From NCBI GenBank assembly GCA_051362555.1, contig CM120640.1, positions 49,702,788-49,766,787 on the forward strand: 64,000 nt of DNA, in the 5' to 3' direction. Below are positions 38,889 to 48,777 of this stretch, piece by piece. This DNA is from Lingula anatina. Taxonomy: Eukaryota > Animalia > Brachiopoda. Each line of letters opens with the position of its first letter. The first letter of the stretch is position 1. The notes below the pieces were generated by a model. That model ran no database searches. It had not been told where the DNA came from and saw only the letters and a program-made list of their open reading frames with translations. The position numbers and the translations under genes were made by a program.

Positions 38889-39829
38889 ATGAGGCGCGGG
38901 AGGAAAAGAAAGTCGGTAGCTGAAGCTTCAGCTCAGCAGGAAAAGTCGGAGGCAGAGTTGCCTGACCCTCAAAAGAAATCCAAATCTGAGAACCAAACCA
39001 GCCACGCTAGCGATACATTTTGGCTAAAAATAGAACATTGGTAAGCCCGCAAGTTTGAGTAAAAAAAATGAAACACTTGTAAGTCAACATATTTTAGTCA
39101 GATGAGGAGACATAAGAATTAACAACACACAAGAACACAACAAGAAAGAGAATTGGAGGTTTTTAGGAGGATGGCGTATATTTGGGAATTTTGGTTTAAT
39201 TTGGTTTATTTTCTCGTTTAGATCATATAATAGATTATATAAAGTTTCCTAAACTCAAACCTTAATGTTACAAGCCTTTCCTCAGTTTGAAAATTTTCTC
39301 TAATGAATGTTTAAAAAATCATTGAAAATAATACTTAAATTTTCCAGCAAATCCTGACAAGTGTACAAGCGCAGAGCTGTGGAACTGTCCGAGGCTCTGC
39401 GCGTAGAATTTGGGGATCTTAAGATAGATCTAAATCCAGACCCCCCACGCCGAAATACCTTTGAAGTCACCATGATTTTCAAGAATGGTGAAGGTATTTT
39501 TTTTGGTGAAAAGCTATTGTATTCAAACGTGAAATTTTGAATGAGTCAGACACATGAAACATAGTTTACTCTATTATTTATTATTTAGCTTACGACATGT
39601 TAAAGTTGACATACAATAATAAAATGAGTGTTTTTATTCATTTTTTATTGGCAATAATTAAGATATTTAGTTTTACCTAAGGGTAATAAATTTTAACAAG
39701 GTAAATCTATGATGATAATTATGTTTTTCAGTTGTCAAAATCTGGAGTGGCATCAAAAAAGGCCCACCTCGCAAGCTGAAGTTCCCTGAGGCTAGTGTTA
39801 TCATTGCTGAAATCAAAAAGCATTCATAA
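38889..39829 (+). CDS. SELENOH: Selenoprotein H (131 aa, Sec encoded by TGA 39355-39357)
   Basis: Exons 38889-39040, 39348-39493, 39732-39829. Spliced product MRRGRKRK...IEH-C-K-S-U-QVYKRRAVEL...NPDPPRRNTFEV...IWSGIKKGPPRKLKFPE. It has the CxxU Rdx motif, the N-terminal RKRK NLS/AT-hook-like stretch and the SelH signature W(S/T)GIKKGPPRKLKFPE. A SECIS lies downstream. Confidence 0.96.
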
Positions 39830-40095
39830 ATTCAGGTAATGTCATTTAACAAAATCACCAAGATGGTCATTACAGATTGATTAGCTAAAGACACTCTTTC
39901 CCAGTAAAACAGTTTATATTTATTTTGATTAGCATCATGTTTGATTGCTTTTACATTTGCAATAATGTTTTGTAGTAAATAAAATATTTCATTATTGTGA
40001 GAATGAGATTTTCACACTCCCTATGTCAATATACTTACCTGAAACTTTTTTTTTTCTTTTCAGAGTCATTTTTCACTTTTGCTTAGCTTGTTGGC

Positions 40096-40162
40096 TTCAG
40101 CTTCATGATGGATATGAAATGAAAAAGTGCCACTTTGTTTCAATCTTGATATTATTGCTGAA
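40096..40162 (+). promoter_or_regulatory. SECIS element (type II) in the last 3'UTR exon of SELENOH
   Basis: Helix I TTCAGC/GCTGAA; core ATGAT (40105) and TGAT (40147); helix II GGATATGAAAT/GTTTCAATCT with one bulge; apical AA bulge plus mini-stem AAAGT-GCC-ACTTT. Lies after 3'UTR intron 39836-40063. Confidence 0.9.
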
Positions 40163-40620
40163 CTTAACAAGACTGAGGTTGAACTAAGTACTACTACATT
40201 TTTCAGTTATGGCTACTATGTTAAAAGTTAGTTCCACACTGCAGTGTTCAAAAGAGGTTTGCTTTATTGTTTTTGTACTATTAAGGAAAATGCAAAAAAA
40301 AGATGTGTTTTTTTTAATCTATTGTCAGTATTGGGAAGGTTAATATAGTATATGGATAGTATAATTAAAATTTGTCTACACTACCAGTACAATCTTGACA
40401 TGTCACAGTAGTTTCAGTTTGAAAATTGATTGTTGTCAACTTCTAAATATGAATTTGTTTTTTTTTTTTTAATTTTTGATAGAATAATACAATTTATTGT
40501 TAAAAACTGTATTAGTTTTTAGTTTTCTTTTGTGTAATTTGTTGTTAAGAATATGGGCAGTGATAACATACTTGTCACTATTGTCATTCCTGTTGCAAAT
40601 TAAACTTTAAATTTGGCCAG

Positions 40621-41100
40621 GGCAAACAAGTTGTGTTGGTAGGGCATAACATTCGATCAGTCGACTCACTGGTGCCATGTAATGCAGCCAATGCCAGGAG
40701 CACTTGGAAAAAAATTCTTTTTCTTTTTGACACTCCCTTTTAAACAGATCTTGCCAAGTAAAAAATCGTATATAGACGAGAGGCATTAGTTGCTGACTGT
40801 CTGCAGCTGGCAATGAATTACACCCTCTGCTTATGATGCCCTTGAAGATGTTAAGATAGTAAAAACGCTACACCTTTTAGACCAAGTCTTGAAGATATGG
40901 CACCACAGTTTTGACTTGAATTTTGTGAAAGAATCATTGGTGGCCTTGGCAACCTAGCAACTCTTGGTCCGATTTAAAAGTTGGCTGGTGAAGTCATGCT
41001 CAATAAGATTGCTAACAGTGGTCTCGCATTGCAACACATAAAAGTAGCATTTGACAGAAACTGTCAACAAGGAGTTGCTGATCTTTTGGGAAAAAAAATT
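40621..41100 (+). pseudogene. Frameshifted DEDDh 3'-5' exonuclease relic with a PML-C-terminal/Plex9-like extension
   Basis: Across several frameshifts it reads KQVVLVGHNIRSVD (ExoII), FDT...KQILPSKKSY..EALVADCL, AYDALEDVKIV (ExoIII, His->Tyr), HHSF, and MLNKIANSGLALQHIKVAFDRNCQQGVADLL. The ExoI part is missing. Confidence 0.72.
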
Positions 41101-41680
41101 CCAAAATGCCTGGATTTTTTTTATACCGATATTTTTCTAAAACTTTGAACGTTAGAACATAACTAAAAAAAATAATAATAGTGAAAGACCACCCATTTTC
41201 CCACTGATTAGAATTGGGACTAGTGTGATACACAGGGTGAAACACATTTGGTCCTAGTTTTCTTATAAGTTGGTGACCCCCCCCCCCTTTTTTTTTTTTT
41301 TTTTGTACATTTTTAATGCACTTGAAGATCTCTTGATACAAATAAAAAAATTCAAGCATAAGAACATTTAAAAGATAATTTAGTAAAAGAACACCCATTT
41401 TTTCAGTGATTTGAAAGGGGACTTGTGTGGTAGGAAGGGTGTAATGCACTTCAACTTGGCGTACTGTATTTCTCTTATTTGGTCGGTGACTCTCATTTGT
41501 ATTATTTATTTGTTGTTGCAAATTTAAATGCACTTTGATGCCTCTTCATACAAAAAATTTTAAAAAAATAAGGCATTATAATATATTACAAATAGGTGAG
41601 AGAACACCAATTTTCCCATTGATTTGAATGGAGATTAGTGCCATACGCAGAGTGTACTGAAACTTACTTGGGCCTAGTCT
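41100..41680. repeat. Degenerate ~210-bp tandem repeat (~3 units)
   Basis: Recurrent ACACC(C/A)ATTTT(C/T)C..TGATT(T/A)GAA..GG.A(C/T)T.GTG at ~41189, ~41391 and ~41604. TT(T/A)AATGCACTT..GAT..CTCTT.ATACAAA recurs at ~41311 and ~41523. Confidence 0.6.
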
Positions 41681-42616
41681 CTAGCATATATCATTATGTG
41701 AAATAAATACAACAGTACAGACGGCCAGAAACGGTTTATGGTCTGGATGAATAACCAGGAAATTCTTATGAATAACAGCTCAGACCCATCATACCACGTT
41801 TGACCTGCATATGATGGATCCAAGATAGAGTGACGGTAAAAGTGGGCTGCTCTTCTGTCCACGTGGAGTAATGTTTACTTCCGGGAAGGACGTTCAAAAC
41901 ATTATTAAACATCCAAACGTAATGTATTTTTCTTAATGTATTGATATACTTAAATATGTTGTTACGCACATTAACTACTTTGAGTAATGTTTTGTAGATA
42001 GATTATACGAGGATTTAATGTATACATGTAACGTATTTAATGTGCTAAGCGGTATATAGACGAACAGACAGAGTGCCGAGCTGTCCGCCGGTAGACGCAA
42101 TAAGTTATTCTTTAATGCTGATAGAATTAGGTAAGATTGGAAATCTGAGCTGTCGATTCTCTTGCATCCTTTAAAATGTGAAATTTATTATCAACCCTCT
42201 TTGGTTAGGTCTAGATAGCCAGAAAATGTAGGATACTGAAAGGTGCCCTGGTGAGGAATGAGCATAAGCAGCAGTAGTCACTACACTGTCAGCACATCTG
42301 TAGCTTTCGCTCAGTATAACTTTCAATATTTTACATTGTCAAGATATCATACAAGTTCATTGTGTTAGTTATTTTACTGAAATGCGTGTCTTGGTTTAGT
42401 ATATGAGATAAGATAGAATTTGTCAGAATAATAGTATTAAATTTCTATTGGCAATTTTAATTTAGTCTTTGAATTTCTATTGCTCAGTTTAATTTAGTCA
42501 CATTGTTTTTCGATTAACAAGTAGTACTAGAGTTTAGATAAACTCACATTTTATGAAATTGAGGAAATAGGGATACACATTTGAACAGGGATTGCAGAAA
42601 AAAGTATTGAGCTGAA

Positions 42617-42772
42617 CAGGCCCAAAGCGAACAGTATCAAAAAGGGGAGGCTATCTTTCTGAAAATGTGGACATTTTATCAGGAAACATTTGATCATTTT
42701 TATCCAGAGCAGACCTTTTCTTGGCAAAAAAGGGTGGTTTGTTCACTCCCCTTCCCCCTGGCTACAGGCATG
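42617..42772. mobile_element. Small degenerate hAT-like MITE upstream of the TFG ATG (probably in a 5'UTR intron)
   Basis: Termini CAGGCCCAAAGC... and ...CCCCTGGCTACAGGCATG, flanked by direct CTGAA (42612-42616, 42773-42777). Confidence 0.5.
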
Positions 42773-43768
42773 CTGAAGCTCTTAAATTTTTAGCATAGCA
42801 ATTATATGTAATTTATGTACTGGATTTCAATTAAAACTGTTGCATAGATTTTGTAATGGAATGCTCCAAAGTTGGTGCAAACTATAATGCTACTACTTTC
42901 ATCTTCAAAATCTTGATGAAACATTGCATTGTGACATCATTCAGTTGTATATAAGAAGCTGCTGGATGATTTACTGATGAGAAGGACTTCAAAGCTTATC
43001 CAAATGTTAAGAAAATAACCATGCTAAATGGGCAGACTGTAGTATCTGGAATCAAAACTTTTAAGAGCATTTTTAGACAGATAAAAAAGCACATCTCGAA
43101 CCTTGAATTGTGAATGTGAAAGAACTGTGCCATGGGCCTACTTTACTCTGAAACTTCGTTCACAAACAGGCAGTAAAATACTGTATTTGATACTTTGCAC
43201 TTTGTATCAGATGCTTCAGCTCACTTGAAAACACAGTCATTGCACTAGGCATGCCAAGAAAAGATTGAAATGATATGTACTTTCCCTTTTTTGTCAAGAT
43301 CATGAAGGGTGAGTCCAATGTTATAAAAAACAAAATTGTCTTTGCATTCTGAAATAGTTTCTTTTTATGTCAGAAATGTCAGGTTGTGGTGAAAGTTTGT
43401 TTTATTTTGGTGAAGCTTGTTTTTTTAACAGAAAGAGTGTTATATTTCAGTAAGTTACATGATTGACGTTTTTGGTCAGTGATATCATTTTGTTCTCAGC
43501 ACATGATTTATGCATTCATAATGTAAAAAGAGTTGCCCCAGCTTTCCCCAGAGAGATTTATTACTAACCACATTGGGGTGTTGGTCATTCGTCCTAATAT
43601 CTGTCATGAGTCACATTTATCAAATTTAATGATGAAGGAGCTAGCTAGAATTTTATCAATTTATTGCATGTAAAAAGGATGTCTGGAAGGAATGATTATT
43701 GGAGAAAAAATCTTGATTATGTATTATTATATCTGAAAGTTTTTTCCTTTACAGAAAAATAAGAAATC

Positions 43769-45495
43769 ATGACAACAAATGAGAACAACTTGAATGATGC
43801 ATTTGCTCAGTTTGATCTAAGTGGTAAGCTGATCATAAAAGCACAGCTTGGTGATGATATTCGCAGAATTCCTATCCACAATGAAGATATAACATATGAT
43901 GAACTTCTGTTGATGATGCAGAGAGTATTCAGGGGAAGGCTGGACAGCAATGATGAAGTAACTATAAAATATCGTGATGAAGGTAAGAGTTAATTGCTAT
44001 TTTAAACTACCTTTTGTAAAGATATTCAATGTACAGTAGATCAGATAAACTGACACATGAAGGAAATTGATGGTATATTCCAATTTTTACATTTTAAGTT
44101 TCAGTAACTTTTAACATAACTGCTTTCTGGCTATTTTCCTGATAATTAAGGATGAGCACACAGTTTTTTACTAAAAGATATATTTACTACATATATCTAG
44201 TTGCAAATTTAATAACAAAATATCTGCTAAAAATCTTAATTCAATCATTTTCCGAATTTCAGATGGTGATCTTATAACAATATTTGACAGTTCTGATTTA
44301 TCATTTGCCATTCAGTGCAGTAGAATCTTGAAAATAACTTTATTTGGTAAGTTTGATCAATGATTTTGGTAGGTTAGATCAATGACACACAAAGTACATG
44401 ATTACAACTGTAACAGCAGTTAGTTCATAAACTGTAATTGTTTAAAAGAAACAATAATAAGACATCCTTCCTGTCATTTCAAAGAACTGTGCTTTTAAAT
44501 CAGATTGATTTTCATCATAAAAGTTTTTAAATGGCCAAGTCTGTGTTTGTGATGGTAATGTGTTTTTATTTTTTTTTTCAGTTAATGGTCAGCCAAGGCC
44601 CCTTGAAAGTGATGAAGTTAAACATATTAGAAGAGAACTCCAAACCATAAGAGACACAGCAAACAGATTGTTAGATAGACTAGAACCTCAACCTTTTGTG
44701 AAAAGCACTGAAATAGATGCTGAGTCAGAACATGGTAAGTTATCTGTGTCACATGAGCAATTGAAATATAAACATCTTCCTATTTTTTTTTTTACTTTTA
44801 TGATTTTTATTGAAAACTGATAATCTTCCCTTGTCTGTTAATAACTTGAGTGTAAAGTTTAGAAAATAATGAAATTAAATTAAGGAAATGGATCTCTATT
44901 ACAGTCAAAATGGCAGATAGTAACAAAGCAAGAGGCCAGGGCTCCCCACAGCCTCAGCTTGCTAAAGCCAGTAATGCTGTTGGCAGCAAAGAATTTGACC
45001 CTTTGTCAAGTCAGAAGTCTGTAGAAGAAACACAGAACAAAGTCATGTCTTCGTTTGGAATTACTCATGATGGTAAGACAGCATAAACGAGCAATACATA
45101 ACTATATTGTGGAAGACTATGAACACCTCAAGATGAAAAATCTGCATGAAACTGAAAGGCACCCTACTAGATAAAATGTCCAGTTGTTATTTTATTTGTT
45201 TAGGTGGTCTTTGGGTAAGCTTATTGAACATTTTGAAAGTGTTATGAAAGATTGCTCTGAATGCTATTTATTTATTTATTTATTTGAAGGCTTTTATTTT
45301 TTTAAAGTTTATAGCATTACAAAGCATTTATGAGACATTTCAACAAAACCTTGATTTTGAAATTATAAAAAAAAAACAACGTTTTCATGTAGTAGGAATC
45401 TTATTTCTAACCAGGTGATGCAGCAAGGCCTGGAACACCCGACAGCATATCAAGTGTGGGATCTTCAAGTAGCCATCATTTACGCCAACAACAAC

Positions 45496-45526
<31 letters not shown>

Positions 45527-46894
45527 AAAAGGTGGTTACATTCCCCCTGGACAGCCTGGCTATCAAGCACCTACTGGCTATGCTCAGGGACAAACCCCAT
45601 CCCATCAGGGTCAAAGTCAGCCACCCCAGGGACCAGCACCTCAATCCCAGGGGCAGGTGCCACAGCAGGCTGGTTATGGACAGCAGCAACAGCAAGACAT
45701 GTCACAGAACAAAGGTATGAACAAATAATTCATTTCTTTCCTGAATACAGGTTGTTTACAATGTATTTTTAGTTTGTTTCTCAGTAGAAGAACCACACCT
45801 GTTACAGTAATTAAAGAATATTAAGGTATGCATTTCTTAGAACAACAAATATAAATCCCTCCAATATTAATAAAATTCATGTCTTACTACTATAATTAAT
45901 ATTTACAGTCGTACCATTGGTTTTCATTGGAATGCATTCATGAGAGCTTTGATTGGAAAAAAAATTCTACATAATTTTGGTATATAATACCTTACCTTTG
46001 GCTAGGTTTAGGTCAGCCACAAGGTTATGGCTTTCCACAGGCAGGACAGAGTTCAGCAGGACCTTCTCCTCCACACTCTGCCTCTCATCAACCAAGTTAT
46101 AACCAGCCACTCCCTTCCCAACCATCATATAACATGACAGGTGCTCCCCAACAGCAACAGCCACCGCAGCAGATGCAGCAACAGCCTCCATATGCTCCAA
46201 CTCCACAAGGCTACCAGCAACAGCCATATCCTGCTCAGGTGGGATTTGATTTCGCAAATGAGAATACAGTAATTCAGTAAAATGCACTATTTTGAAAACA
46301 AGACAATACAAGATCATGAGGGTCGTCCCCCCCCCCCCCCCCAAAAAAAAAAAAATTTTTTTTTTTAGTTGCACAGATTTTGTGTTATATTTGCATAATT
46401 TTGACTTACCCCATCATTTTTGCTGTTTTATACTTAAAGAAATTTCCAAATAAATAATACAACTGATTAAACAGCTGTGCAAATATTACACAAAATATAT
46501 GATTCATTATGTGACCCTAATATTCACTTTTTTGAGGAATTATCTATTGGTAGGCTTTTTATAACGGTGGAGGTTTTTAACGTTGAAACTGTCCAGTTAT
46601 GAAACAATGCACTACTAGTAAGTAAAAAAAAATTGAATAAGATATATACTTATATTAAAATTAATTCTTATTAATAAGAAGTGATGTCTTTTTCAAGCTG
46701 AATCTATCTCTGATTTATTGTTATGCTCCTTTCAGGGTCAGGGCTATGGACCACAAGCTGGGCAGTATGGAGGTTATGCTCCACCTGGTGGTGCCCCTCA
46801 GCCCCCACAGGCCCCTGGTGCTGCTGGCAATCCTTACTCCAGAGGGCCAGCTGGTTATCGGCCAGGATATCCTAGCCAACAAGGATATCAGTAG
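43769..46894 (+). CDS. TFG: Protein TFG (TRK-fused gene; PB1, coiled coil, P/Q-rich tail), ~436 aa
   Basis: Exons 43769-43982, 44263-44346, 44582-44734, 44905-45072, 45415-45714, 46006-46238, 46736-46894. PB1 domain [41 protein letters not shown]...[38 protein letters not shown], then KEFDPL, VMSSFG, GTPDSI and C-terminal NPYSR, all matching vertebrate TFG. Confidence 0.96.
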
Positions 46895-47172
46895 AGCTGA
46901 TAATGGATTTAGATCATTTCATTGTTCAGTAATTATACAAAAAGAATTGTTTGGCAGTGCTACATTTACAGTGTTCTTAGACTTAATCTTACCAAGAGGA
47001 AGATAAAATAAAGTATTTGAAGCACTGCCCTTCTTAGTTCATATGTACCGATGTAATTCAAATAATCTGAGAGCATAGGATGAAAGATTGCTAATAAAGG
47101 TAAAATGTTACATTTGAGGAGTGAACTAAGTACTTACATAAAAGGAGCACCTACAGATAGAGCTGACATATC

Positions 47173-47722
47173 CAGGCCTACCCAACTACCAGACTCGGCA
47201 CCTAAGGATCCTGAATTAACCGGTATATCGGACCACACTACCTGTTTTCAAGGTGTGTGTCAGATCGCATTTCGGAGTATCAGCCAGAACACCGACAGGA
47301 TGAGCCCTGGCATGCTCAGCTGTCACCTTGATTGGATAGTAAACGAGTGTCGTAAAATCGCTATATGATTTTAAAACCGGGTGCATAAATTTGAAAGCCA
47401 CCTAGATGAACCTTAGACTGCCACATTAATCTAATACAATGCAAAAATCCCTATCAAAAGTGGTTAAAACATTCAAACCGAATGTCGTAAAGTCCCCGTA
47501 TATCCCCATAGACACAATAGAATAGAGTACTCTAAAGTAAGAGTACAGTTTAAGGTTGTTCAGCCGAGCGTGGATGAGCCCGCAGTCGTGCTACAAAATT
47601 TGTTCTGGAGTATGATACTCCGAAATGCGATCTGACACACACCTTGAAAACGGGTAGTGTGGTCCGATATACCGGTTAATTCAGGATCCTTAGGTGCCGA
47701 GTCTGGTAGTTGGGTAGGCCTG
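47173..47722. mobile_element. Young non-autonomous DNA transposon (MITE), 110-bp TIRs, 5-bp TSD (hAT5-like)
   Basis: Left arm 47173-47282 is the reverse complement of 47613-47722 with one mismatch. Termini CAGGCC...GGCCTG, flanked by ATATC at 47168-47172 and 47723-47727. Confidence 0.93.
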
Positions 47723-48777
47723 ATATCACAGGTGTTGAACATTATTTAATGGTTCTTGGACAATAAGGGAAGGTTTTATTTAGCAGGTTTGTTTATTTTT
47801 GCTGAAGATCCAGAGACAATTTCCTGATAAGAAAAAAATAAAGAAATATGAAATTCAACAGTATTTTTTGTGCCAGAAAAAGTATGAAATAATAATGATG
47901 TTTAATAAAAGTTGTTACGAAGTTAGAGGTAGACGGAAAAGAATGTTTTATAAGTGTCAAGAATTTTAAGTGTACATATGCATGAAAGTTGAGCAGACCT
48001 GAAACCTAACCAGTGTGCCCTTTGCAAGCTTTTGATTGTTGCAGAGAACTAGTATCTGATTAAATTATTATTAGTCTTCTAAATAACAATTTTTTGTTAA
48101 TTATGAGGACTGATTTTAATTGGGCTGTTAAAAAAGATGCCTGTGTATTAGATATTTCTAAAGCATGCAAACTATATAGATGTTCAGCTTCACTAAAATG
48201 AAACATTTTAACAATGTCGGTTTTTAATTTAGTTAAATTAATATAGAAAAAGAGAAGCTTCTGCACTGTAGGAATAACAAGAACAAAGCAAACCTTAAAA
48301 ATAAACTGTAGTGATTTTTAGATTAAACCTGGGTTCAGCATTCAGCTTGTTGTTAATGGCACATTAAAATCCTTTGCTTCAGACATCCACAGCTACATTT
48401 CTGTGAAAGCATTAAGTGCAAATATGTAAAAATGTACAAAATATATGAAAACTTTGTGTAATATGTTACAGACAGATCACTGTAATAAATAACACAATAC
48501 TTCAAATTAGCGAATGTTGGTTTATTTCATGCAAATTAATGTTTTATAAATGCATTTTTCTCCCTTCTCACATCAGACAGTATAGTCAATAATGTGATAA
48601 CCTTTACATCCAAGTGTAACATGGTTGTAGCATTCTTTTGCAAAATTTGGTCAAAACAATCACAGACATATTTGTCTTAAAATATCTAACAATAAAAAGA
48701 TTAAAAGAAAAAAAAATTGGCAGTGTAATTTATTGTTTTAAAAGAATCTCTAGTCCTTGTAAAGACTGCAGTATTGG

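Noticed and set aside
41879-41887. TTCCGGGAA (STAT/GAS-like) upstream of TFG
   Set aside because: Overlaps an ETS CTTCCGG motif typical of housekeeping promoters; a single 9-mer is not enough to claim cytokine regulation.
47105-47742. Two ORFs sharing RPTQLPDSAPKDPELTGISDHTT
   Set aside because: They are the two TIRs of the MITE read on opposite strands, not genes.
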